From contig CAYZGK010000001.1 in the NCBI GenBank assembly GCA_964478025.1, positions 23,631 through 87,630 of the forward strand: 64,000 nucleotides of DNA, in the 5' to 3' direction. Every line of letters begins with the position of its first letter. The first letter of the stretch is position 1. The DNA comes from an uncultured Christensenella sp. (GTDB lineage Bacteria > Bacillota > Clostridia > Christensenellales > UBA3700). The notes under the pieces were generated by a model, which saw only the letters and a list, made by a program, of their open reading frames with translations, did not search any database and was not told the origin of the DNA. Shown here in pieces: positions 36,277 to 44,809 of this stretch. Position numbers and translations under genes: made by a program.

Positions 36277-38001
36277 ATGAAAGAAATATCTTACTTAGAA
36301 TTAAAAAGAAATTGTAAAAAGGAAGTTTCGGAAAATTTCTTAAAGTATTCTTTAGCCGTAGTAGGTACATCATCAACTCAACATTTATCTACTGCAATTA
36401 AAGGCTATGCTTATGAAAAAAATATTAATCTTAATGTTTTAGATGTAGATTATAATCAATTAAATTCTCAATTTTTAGATCCAGAATCTGAGGTTTTTAA
36501 TTTTAATCCTAATGCAATTTTAATTTATATAAGTACAGAATCTTTGTTTAATGAATTTATAGAAACTCCATTGAATAAAAGAAATAGTTTTGCGCAAGAT
36601 AAAATAAATCTTATTAGATTATACTGGGATTCTATAATTAAAAATTCAAAAGCTAAAATTTTACAATACAATTTTGTTTGCTTCAATACAGAAGTTTTTG
36701 GTTCGTTTGCATACAATGTTGAAACTTCATTTGAATATCAAATTCAATTATTAAATATGAAATTGTATGAATATTCTAAAGAAAAAAATGTATCAATAAT
36801 AGATTTAAATGATATTCAATCAAAAATGGGGAGAGATGTATTTTTTGATGATAAAATGTTTTATATGGCCAAAATGCCAATTTCTTTACAAGCTCTTCCA
36901 AAAGTTGCACAAAATACAGTGTCAATTATTGAGGCCGCATTAGGTAAAATAAAAAAATGTATAATTTTAGATTTAGATAACACTCTTTGGGGTGGAGTTA
37001 TTGGGGACGATGGCTTAGAAAACATACAAATAGGGGAATTAGGTATCGGTCAAGCATTTACTCAATTCCAAAGATGGTTAAAACTATTAAAAGAAAGAGG
37101 AATTTTACTAGCAGTATGCAGTAAAAACAATGAAGATGTTGCAAAACTACCTTTTGAAAAACATCCAGAGATGATTTTAAAATTAGATGATTTTACAATG
37201 TTTGTTGCTAATTGGGAAGATAAAGCTTCAAATATAAGATATATTCAAAAAGTTTTAAATATAGGAATGGATAGTATGGTCTTTATCGATGATAATCCAT
37301 TTGAGAGAAATCAGGTAAAATCTTCAATACCAGAAATTTGTGTTCCTGATATGCCACAAGATCCAGCTCTTTATTTAAAATACTTAGAAGATTTAAATTT
37401 ATTTGAAACTCTAAGTTTTTCTAAAGAGGATTTAAATAGAAGCGAACTTTATAAAGTAGAGTCAAAGAGAATGGAATTACAACAAAAAAGTTCTAATTAT
37501 GATGAGTTCTTAAAAAGTTTAAACATGGTAGCACAAGCTAAACCTTTTGATGAATTTTATGTTCCACGTATCTCTCAATTAACACAAAGATCAAATCAAT
37601 TTAACTTAAGAACTAAAAGATATGATGTTGAAGATATAGAGAAAATAAGTAAAGATAATAATTACATAACAAGATATTTTACCCTAAAAGATGATATGGG
37701 AGAGTATGGTCTTATAAGTGTATTAATTTTAGAGAAAAGAAAAGATTATTTATTTGTAGATACTCTTTTGATGAGTTGTAGAGTTTTAAAAAGAGGAATG
37801 GAAGAGTTTATTTTTAATGAAATAACTAAAATTGCAAAAAATAATGGCTATAAGAAAGTAGTAGGTGAATATATAAAAACAGAAAAAAATGCTATGGTTA
37901 AAGATTTATATAAAACCATGGGATATAAAGATGTAGGAAATGGACTATTTGAACTTGTTGTTAACGAATATAAAAATAAAGAAGTTTATATAAAGGAATA
38001 A
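36277..38001 (+). CDS. FkbH-like HAD-IIIC phosphatase / acyltransferase-domain protein
   Basis: 574 aa. HAD motif I ILDLDNTLWGGVIGDDG, motif II LAVCSKNNEDVA, motif IV VFIDDNPFERNQV. The C-terminal GNAT-like part has LLMSCRVLKRGMEEFIFNEI, as seen in FkbH/OzmB-type proteins. Confidence 0.8.
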   Translation: MKEISYLELKRNCKKEVSENFLKYSLAVVGTSSTQHLSTAIKGYAYEKNINLNVLDVDYNQLNSQFLDPESEVFNFNPNAILIYISTESLFNEFIETPLNKRNSFAQDKINLIRLYWDSIIKNSKAKILQYNFVCFNTEVFGSFAYNVETSFEYQIQLLNMKLYEYSKEKNVSIIDLNDIQSKMGRDVFFDDKMFYMAKMPISLQALPKVAQNTVSIIEAALGKIKKCIILDLDNTLWGGVIGDDGLENIQIGELGIGQAFTQFQRWLKLLKERGILLAVCSKNNEDVAKLPFEKHPEMILKLDDFTMFVANWEDKASNIRYIQKVLNIGMDSMVFIDDNPFERNQVKSSIPEICVPDMPQDPALYLKYLEDLNLFETLSFSKEDLNRSELYKVESKRMELQQKSSNYDEFLKSLNMVAQAKPFDEFYVPRISQLTQRSNQFNLRTKRYDVEDIEKISKDNNYITRYFTLKDDMGEYGLISVLILEKRKDYLFVDTLLMSCRVLKRGMEEFIFNEITKIAKNNGYKKVVGEYIKTEKNAMVKDLYKTMGYKDVGNGLFELVVNEYKNKEVYIKE

Positions 38002-38004
38002 AAA

Positions 38005-38241
38005 ATGGAAAGAGAAGAAGTTTTTAATAAGTTAAAAGAAATTTTTAATGATGTTTTTGATAGAGATATAGAATTAAATGAATCTACTCAAGCAAAAGAT
38101 GTCGATGGTTGGGATTCATTGACTCATATAACTTTAATTGCTCAAATTGAGGAAGAGTTTGATATGAAGTTTACAATGAAGGAAGTTTTAGGCATGAAAA
38201 ATGTTGGAGAAATGGTAGATATAATCCTTAGAGAGGCTTAA
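38005..38241 (+). CDS. acyl/peptidyl carrier protein
   Basis: 78 aa. Phosphopantetheine attachment motif DVDGWDSLTHITLI, followed by the acidic helix EEEFDMKF. Confidence 0.85.
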   Translation: MEREEVFNKLKEIFNDVFDRDIELNESTQAKDVDGWDSLTHITLIAQIEEEFDMKFTMKEVLGMKNVGEMVDIILREA

Positions 38242-38242
38242 T

Positions 38243-38599
38243 TTGATAGGAAATATAGCAAATTTAGTAATTCTTAATAATTATCCATATTTAGCACTAG
38301 TATTTGTGGTAATTATGTTTAGTGTTTTTTCAATGCTTTCTAGACAACTTAGAATTGTTTTAAGATTTTTTGCTGTATTTTTCTGGATAATACAATTTAT
38401 ATGGCAAATATGCTGGGGTTGTACCATCCAAGAACTTATTATTGTATGGGCTGTAGAATTGTTAGTATTTTGGTGTACTACAAAAAAGCCTTCAAAAATT
38501 ACAACACAGAGTAAGGATAACTTAGTTCCACCAAATTTTAATGAGGAAGATGAAAAATCTTTAGAATCAATACTAAATAAAAAGGAGGATGAAAAATAA
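38243..38599 (+). CDS. small polytopic membrane protein, unknown function
   Basis: 118 aa from the TTG at 38243 (start uncertain; an internal ATG gives about 97 aa). Three hydrophobic segments (LALVFVVIMFSVFSML, FFAVFFWIIQFIWQICWG, LIIVWAVELLVFWCT) and then a charged tail. The stop overlaps the MBOAT start (TAATG). Confidence 0.5.
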   Translation: MIGNIANLVILNNYPYLALVFVVIMFSVFSMLSRQLRIVLRFFAVFFWIIQFIWQICWGCTIQELIIVWAVELLVFWCTTKKPSKITTQSKDNLVPPNFNEEDEKSLESILNKKEDEK

Positions 38600-40203
38600 T
38601 GAGCTTTACATCCGCTTGGTACCTACTTTTTATTGCTATAGTATTTGTCTTATATTACGCACTTCCTAAAAAATATCAATGGGGTGTTTTACTTGCATCA
38701 TCCTTAGTTTTTTATCTAATAGCAGGTTTTACTTATTTTATTTATTTAGTTGCATCCATCTTAATAACATATTTTGTTGGCCTATTTATTGACTTAATGA
38801 ATAAAAAACAGGAAAAGGAAATATCCTTAAAAGAGAATATAACAAAAGAAGAAAAGAAGAGTATAAAGAAAGCATATAATACTAAAAAAAGTTGGATTTT
38901 AGCAGCTGGAATTATTTTAAATTTAGGAATTCTTTTAGTTGTTAAATATATAGATTTTATTTGTGGAAATGTTGTTTCACTTTTAAATTTAATGGGAGTT
39001 AATCTTTCTTGGAATGAATTAAACTTTGTTCTTCCACTTGGTTTATCTTTCTATACATTCCAGTCAATTGGCTATTGTATAGATGTTTATCGTGGAACAA
39101 TAGAAGCAGAAAAAGACTTATTTAAATATGCATTGTTTATATCATTCTTTCCGCAAATACTTCAAGGTCCAATTGGTAGATATAACACACTATCTCCACA
39201 ATTATTACAGGAACATAAATTAAATTATGATAATGTTTTTGAAGGAACTCAAAGAATAATTTTAGGATATTTTAAAAAGATAGCAATTGCAGACTTTGTT
39301 GGAATATTTGTTAATGATGTTTTTGCAAATTCAGCAAATGCATTTGGTATAGTTGGCGTCTTAGGTGCAATAGGTTATGCAATTCAATTATTTGCCGATT
39401 TTTCAGGTTTCATGGACATTGCTTTAGGCTCAGCTAAATTGTTAGGAATAAATCTTGATGAAAACTTTGATAGACCATATCTATCAAAAACAATTCCAGA
39501 ATATTGGAGAAGATGGCATATCTCTTTAGGTGCTTTCTTTAGAGACTATGTATACTACCCACTTCTTAGATCAAAATTATGTACTAAACTTTTAAAGAGT
39601 AAACATAAAAAACTTGGTTCAATTATTGCTACTTCTTTAAGTTTATTTGTAACATGGTTTTTAATTGGCCTTTGGCATGGAGCAAGTTGGACATATGTTT
39701 TCCATGGAATATTCTACGGTTTAATTATTATAAGTGGACTTATACTAGAGCCTATTTATAAGAAAATAAAAGAAGTATTACATATATCAAATACAAACAA
39801 AGTATTTAATTGCTTCCAGGTTCTTAGAACAATGACAATTGTTTGCTTTGGATATATTTTATTTAGATCAACAAGTTTAAGTAATTTTGCAAGTTATATA
39901 ACTGCTGTGTTTAGTGGTAGTGGTATTAATGAATTTGTAAGCTTTAAAACTATCTTTAATTCTGAAATAGTAAATATCTATATTTACTGGGCTCAAATAA
40001 TTATTTTATGTGTTGTTTGGGGAGTTATGAATCACCAATTTATAGATTCTAAGAGTTTACCTGTGGATGATGTAAGAGTTTCTATTTGGAGAAAACAAGC
40101 TACACTAAATTGTATAATCATGATAGTAATAACAATTGCTTCATTTATCCTTGTAAAATCACTAGGTGGTCAAACAGGAGGATTTATTTACTTCGATTTT
40201 TAG
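38599..40203 (+). CDS. MBOAT-family membrane O-acyltransferase (DltB/AlgI-like)
   Basis: 534 aa and polytopic. Conserved blocks LGLSFYTFQSIGYCIDVYRG, YWRRWHISLGAFFRDYVYYPL and FLIGLWHGASWTYVFHG (the MBOAT histidines). Confidence 0.9.
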   Translation: MSFTSAWYLLFIAIVFVLYYALPKKYQWGVLLASSLVFYLIAGFTYFIYLVASILITYFVGLFIDLMNKKQEKEISLKENITKEEKKSIKKAYNTKKSWILAAGIILNLGILLVVKYIDFICGNVVSLLNLMGVNLSWNELNFVLPLGLSFYTFQSIGYCIDVYRGTIEAEKDLFKYALFISFFPQILQGPIGRYNTLSPQLLQEHKLNYDNVFEGTQRIILGYFKKIAIADFVGIFVNDVFANSANAFGIVGVLGAIGYAIQLFADFSGFMDIALGSAKLLGINLDENFDRPYLSKTIPEYWRRWHISLGAFFRDYVYYPLLRSKLCTKLLKSKHKKLGSIIATSLSLFVTWFLIGLWHGASWTYVFHGIFYGLIIISGLILEPIYKKIKEVLHISNTNKVFNCFQVLRTMTIVCFGYILFRSTSLSNFASYITAVFSGSGINEFVSFKTIFNSEIVNIYIYWAQIIILCVVWGVMNHQFIDSKSLPVDDVRVSIWRKQATLNCIIMIVITIASFILVKSLGGQTGGFIYFDF

Positions 40204-40204
40204 C

Positions 40205-41218
40205 ATGAAAAAAGTAGTTAGTTATTTGTTAATAATATTTTTAGCTATTTTAATTCCGTTTACTGCAATAACAGGAATCGTCTTATTATATCCAGATTAC
40301 TATCAAAATTCTTACGCAAGATCCTTAGCCCTTCAATACAATTATTTAAAAGAAACACAAAATACTCAAAGAATAGTGTTTGTTGGTACATCATCTTTAG
40401 TTTTCGGAATCGATGTAGATATGATTGAAAAAGAGTTTAAAAATAAAGGTTACAATGCTGTTGTATTATTTGGTTCATATGGCGCAATAGGTAATGAATG
40501 TATTTTAGATTGGACAAGAAAATATATAACACCAGGTGATCTAGTAATTTATATGTACGATATGTACGATTATGCTATGAATCCATATTTTTCTTCAACT
40601 TTAACAATTGAAGGAACATTTAGAAACTATGAAATGTTTTCAGATTTAAACTCAAGAGATAAGTGTCAATACCTAGCTCATCTTCCTACTTATATGAAGG
40701 ATAATATTTATTCATATAATCAAGCTAAAAGACCAAGACAGTATAGAACTTGTTATACAATCACTTCATTTGACGAAAAGGGAAGGCTAACATATTTTAG
40801 AGAATCAAATACTATGGGTGGTATTAATAAGGAAGAACAAACTATATGTTATATAAGTCCTAGTATGATAAATCCGGAGTGGACTTCTTATATAAACGAC
40901 TGGGCAGATGAATTAAGAGAAAATAGAGCTGTTGTATATTTTAGTTATGGACCTATGGATAAGGATTTGTGTATGCATAAGGATACAACTAAAGAAAGCG
41001 TTGAATCGTTTTGTAGTGAATGGGAAGAACAAATAGGGATAGAATCTATTAATAATATGTGGGATTGCTATCTTCCAGATTCTTATTTTTATGATAGCGT
41101 TTATCACTTAAATTCATATGGGGCTCAATATTTTACTTCTTATATGATAAGAAATATAGAAATGCAAATATATGGTGAAACAAATTATGAAATTGTAATT
41201 CCAAGTGAGATAGCATAA
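40205..41218 (+). CDS. membrane-anchored extracytoplasmic protein, DltD/SGNH-like candidate, paralog 1
   Basis: 337 aa from the ATG at 40205, 1 nt after the MBOAT stop (the ORF-track start at 40166 would overlap the MBOAT gene). One N-terminal TM (VVSYLLIIFLAILIPFTAITGIVLL). Motifs RIVFVGTSSLVFGID (DltD-like GSS Ser block) and VYHLNSYGAQYF near the C-terminus. The fold assignment is inference. Confidence 0.5.
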   Translation: MKKVVSYLLIIFLAILIPFTAITGIVLLYPDYYQNSYARSLALQYNYLKETQNTQRIVFVGTSSLVFGIDVDMIEKEFKNKGYNAVVLFGSYGAIGNECILDWTRKYITPGDLVIYMYDMYDYAMNPYFSSTLTIEGTFRNYEMFSDLNSRDKCQYLAHLPTYMKDNIYSYNQAKRPRQYRTCYTITSFDEKGRLTYFRESNTMGGINKEEQTICYISPSMINPEWTSYINDWADELRENRAVVYFSYGPMDKDLCMHKDTTKESVESFCSEWEEQIGIESINNMWDCYLPDSYFYDSVYHLNSYGAQYFTSYMIRNIEMQIYGETNYEIVIPSEIA

Positions 41219-42265
41219 ATGACAAAAAAAACGAAAGCCATAATTTATATAACTTGTCTTATTCTATTAGTTTTAATACCAATAGGTGGAATGGCTTGTT
41301 TTATAATGTGTGCCGATGTATATAGTGATTCCTATGAAAGAGGATTACAAATACAATATAACTACCTAAAAAACACAAAGGGTGAAGAAAGAATAGTATT
41401 TGTTGGAAGTTCGTCGCTTCTTTTTGGAATTAATGCAGAGGATATAGAAAAAGAATTTAATAAAAAAGTAGTAATATTTGGCTCATATGGAGCTGTTGGA
41501 AATACAGTTATGCTAGATTGGGTAGAGCCTTATGTAACTAGTAAAGATATTGTTATTTTTATGTATGATATCTATAGAGGTTCTATGCCAATATATTTTA
41601 CGCCAGATATTGCAATTAAAGCTTCTATAAATTCTCCATCAATGTTTAAAGATTTAAGTGAAAAAAATAAGGCCAATTATATTGCTGGTCTTACTGAATA
41701 TTTAAAAGATGTTTGTGCAAGACTATACAATCATTCTTCTATAAACTATGAAAATACAGTTTATTCTATTAGATCTTTTGACGAAAAAGGCCGACTTAAT
41801 TATTTTAGAGAAGCTAATATAATGGAAGGAAAAACAAATAAAGAGACAACTTATATAGGCCCTAGTATTATAAAAGAAGAACTTACTTCTTATATAAAAG
41901 ACTGGGCTAATAAATTAAGACAAAAAGGAGCAAAAATTTTATTTGCTTATGGCCCTTATAATGATATTTCAAAAAATTTATTAACAACAACATCAAGCAT
42001 AAAAGCCTTTGAAGAAAAATGGGAAGAGCAAATAGATATAGAGGCAATAAATAGCCTTGTAGATACAAAACTATCTTATAGATTATTCTACAATGAGGAT
42101 TTTCACTTAAATTCTTATGGGGCTGATTTCTTTACTCAAATAATCATAAAAGACATTTATGAAAGTTCCTTGTATAATATATTTACTTATTCAATAAAAA
42201 TATCGGATAATGTGCCAGGTTCAATGAAGAAGGATATGGAAAATTATGTTGCCTCAAGATTTTAA
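41219..42265 (+). CDS. membrane-anchored extracytoplasmic protein, DltD/SGNH-like candidate, paralog 2
   Basis: 348 aa. The ATG directly follows the upstream TAA. Collinear with paralog 1 (SYERGLQIQYNYLKNT..RIVFVGSSSLLFGIN..FGSYGAVGN..SFDEKGRLNYFREAN..FHLNSYGADFF). Confidence 0.5.
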   Translation: MTKKTKAIIYITCLILLVLIPIGGMACFIMCADVYSDSYERGLQIQYNYLKNTKGEERIVFVGSSSLLFGINAEDIEKEFNKKVVIFGSYGAVGNTVMLDWVEPYVTSKDIVIFMYDIYRGSMPIYFTPDIAIKASINSPSMFKDLSEKNKANYIAGLTEYLKDVCARLYNHSSINYENTVYSIRSFDEKGRLNYFREANIMEGKTNKETTYIGPSIIKEELTSYIKDWANKLRQKGAKILFAYGPYNDISKNLLTTTSSIKAFEEKWEEQIDIEAINSLVDTKLSYRLFYNEDFHLNSYGADFFTQIIIKDIYESSLYNIFTYSIKISDNVPGSMKKDMENYVASRF

Positions 42266-43514
42266 AGAAGATATAAAATTAATTTTAAATAATGAGTATG
42301 ATGACTTTATATCTACCTATAATGAAGAAAGTTTTAAAGGATTAAGAATAAATACTTTAAAGCTTAAAAATAAAGACATATTGCCATTTTCATTAACTAG
42401 TATTCCATGGTGTAATGAGGGTTTTTATTATACAAGTAAGGATACACCTGGTAAGCATGTATACCATGAAATGGGGCTTTATTATATCCAAGAACCAAGT
42501 GCAATGATGGTTGCAAAAAATCTTGAAATAAATGAAGGAGATTTTGTTTTAGATATGTGCGCAGCACCTGGTGGAAAAAGTACACAAGCTGCAGCATATT
42601 TAAATAATCAAGGTTTAATAGTATCAAACGAAATAATTCCAAATAGAGCTAAAGTACTTTCCTCTAATATTGAAAGAATGGGAATTAAAAATGCAGTAGT
42701 TGTTAGCGAAGATACATCAAAATTAAAAAAGAGATTTAAAAATTTTTTCAATAAAATAATTGTAGATGCGCCATGCTCTGGAGAAGGTATGTTTAGAAAA
42801 ATACCTGAGGCTGTTAATGAGTGGTCTAGAGAAAATGTTTTAATGTGCGCAGAAAGACAAAAAGAAATTCTAAAAAATGCAGTGGAACTATTGCAAGAAA
42901 ACGGAAGAATAATCTATTCAACTTGTACTTTTTCATTGCAAGAAGATGAAAATATTGTAGAGTGGTTTTTAAGCGAATATACCGATTTTAAATTAGTAAA
43001 ATCACATAAGCTTTGGCCTCATAAAGAAAAAGGTGAGGGGCACTTCTTTGCTTTATTTGAAAGGGGAGATTTAAGTAAATCAAATTTAAATTTACCAATA
43101 AAAAAGGTAAAGCAAAATCCAGATTTTGTTAAATTTGTAAAAGAATTTTTAAATGTAAATATAGAATATAATACACAATTTGGAGATAATCTATACCTAT
43201 CTCCTATAGATAAATTAGATGGCCTAAAAGTCTTAAGATGTGGTCTTCATTTAGGCGAATTAAAGAAAAATAGATTTGAGCCATCTCACTCTCTTGCTCT
43301 TGCATTAAAAAGAGAAGATTTTAAAAATGTAATAGATTTAAACTCTCAAGATAAAGAAGTTTATAAATTCTTACAAGGAGAAGCAATAGAAACATCTATA
43401 AAAGGATGGGGAGTTGTGTGCGTGGATGGTTATCCTCTTGGCTGGTTTAAGGGAGATGGCACTTTAGCAAAAAATCATTATCCAAAGGGGTTAAGGAAAG
43501 AGATTGAATACTAA
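42246..43514 (+). CDS. RsmB/RsmF-family rRNA (cytosine-C5)-methyltransferase with C-terminal PUA-like domain
   Basis: N-terminus MLPQDFKEDIKLILNNEYDDF (RsmF-like). SAM motif LDMCAAPGGKST. Catalytic blocks IVDAPCSGEGMFRK and IIYSTCTF. It overlaps the upstream gene by 20 nt. Confidence 0.8.
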   Translation: MLPQDFKEDIKLILNNEYDDFISTYNEESFKGLRINTLKLKNKDILPFSLTSIPWCNEGFYYTSKDTPGKHVYHEMGLYYIQEPSAMMVAKNLEINEGDFVLDMCAAPGGKSTQAAAYLNNQGLIVSNEIIPNRAKVLSSNIERMGIKNAVVVSEDTSKLKKRFKNFFNKIIVDAPCSGEGMFRKIPEAVNEWSRENVLMCAERQKEILKNAVELLQENGRIIYSTCTFSLQEDENIVEWFLSEYTDFKLVKSHKLWPHKEKGEGHFFALFERGDLSKSNLNLPIKKVKQNPDFVKFVKEFLNVNIEYNTQFGDNLYLSPIDKLDGLKVLRCGLHLGELKKNRFEPSHSLALALKREDFKNVIDLNSQDKEVYKFLQGEAIETSIKGWGVVCVDGYPLGWFKGDGTLAKNHYPKGLRKEIEY

Positions 43515-43611
43515 ATATTATAAATGTATAATATTTAATTGACGAAAAACAAAAATAAGAATTTTAAGTATTCTTTAGTTAATAAAAATATAATTTTAGT
43601 GAGGTTGAAAA

Positions 43612-44802
43612 ATGATTTCAAAAAAGATGGTAGGTTTAGTAAAAGGCTCTTCAGTTATTAGAGCAATGTTTGAAGAAGGAAAACAAATGGCTGCAAAATA
43701 TGGTGCAGAAAATGTTTTCGACTTTTCTTTAGGCAATCCAAATGTTGCTGCTCCAAAGGCAGTTAATGAAAATATAAAGAAGATAGTTGACTTAGTTGAT
43801 CCAGTTGTTCTTCATGGATATATGAGCAATTCTGGATATGAAGATGTAAGAAGCGCTATTGCAAACTCTATCAATAAAAGATTTAGTACAAACTTTAATG
43901 AAAACAATATTGTTATGACAGTTGGAGCTGCAGGTGGCTTAAATGTTATCTTTAAAACACTTTTAGATCCAGATGATGAAGTTATAACTTTTGCTCCATT
44001 TTTTGGTGAATATAAAAATTATGTATCAAATTTTGATGCAAATTTAGTTGTAGTAAATCCAAACCCTCCAACATTTGAACCAAATTATGAGGATTTTGAA
44101 AATAAAATTACTAGCAAGACAAAAGCTATCATTATAAATAACCCTAATAACCCAACAGGTATTATTTATAAAAAAGAATGGATTGAAAAAATTGCTGCAA
44201 TTCTTGAGAAAAAACAAAAAGAATATAAAACAAGTATTTACCTAATTTCAGATGAACCATATAGAGAACTAGTTTATTCAGATATAGAAGTTCCATATTT
44301 AACAAAGTATTATAGAAATACTATTGTAGGTTATTCTTATTCTAAATCTTTATCTCTACCTGGCGAGAGAATTGGTTATCTTGTAATTCCAAATGAAATT
44401 GATGATTATAAAGATGTTTTTGCAGCAGCAGGTGTTGCTACAAGAATATTAGGATTTGTTAATGCTCCATCTTTACAACAAAAATTAATTAAAGAGTGTT
44501 TAAATGAAAAAACAGATGTCGAAGCATATAACAAAAATAGAGTAGAACTATATAATGGTTTAACAAAACTTGGATTCGAGTGCGTTGAACCTGAAGGAGC
44601 TTTCTATTTATTTATGAAAACTCCAACTGAGGACGACTTTGAATTTGTAAATGAGGCAAAAAAATATAATATCTTAGTAGTTCCAGCTTCTTCCTTTGGA
44701 TGTAAAGGCTATGTAAGAATTGCATATTGTGTGTCTTATAAAACAATAGTAAATTCTCTTCCTCAATTTGAAAAACTAGCAAAATTTTATAATTTAAAGT
44801 AG
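43612..44802 (+). CDS. pyridoxal-phosphate-dependent aminotransferase, class I (aspartate/alanine type)
   Basis: 396 aa. NPNNPTG block, PLP-lysine block GYSYSKSLSLPGERIGY, and the C-terminal RIAY motif. Confidence 0.85.
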   Translation: MISKKMVGLVKGSSVIRAMFEEGKQMAAKYGAENVFDFSLGNPNVAAPKAVNENIKKIVDLVDPVVLHGYMSNSGYEDVRSAIANSINKRFSTNFNENNIVMTVGAAGGLNVIFKTLLDPDDEVITFAPFFGEYKNYVSNFDANLVVVNPNPPTFEPNYEDFENKITSKTKAIIINNPNNPTGIIYKKEWIEKIAAILEKKQKEYKTSIYLISDEPYRELVYSDIEVPYLTKYYRNTIVGYSYSKSLSLPGERIGYLVIPNEIDDYKDVFAAAGVATRILGFVNAPSLQQKLIKECLNEKTDVEAYNKNRVELYNGLTKLGFECVEPEGAFYLFMKTPTEDDFEFVNEAKKYNILVVPASSFGCKGYVRIAYCVSYKTIVNSLPQFEKLAKFYNLK

Positions 44803-44809
44803 AGGAAAA

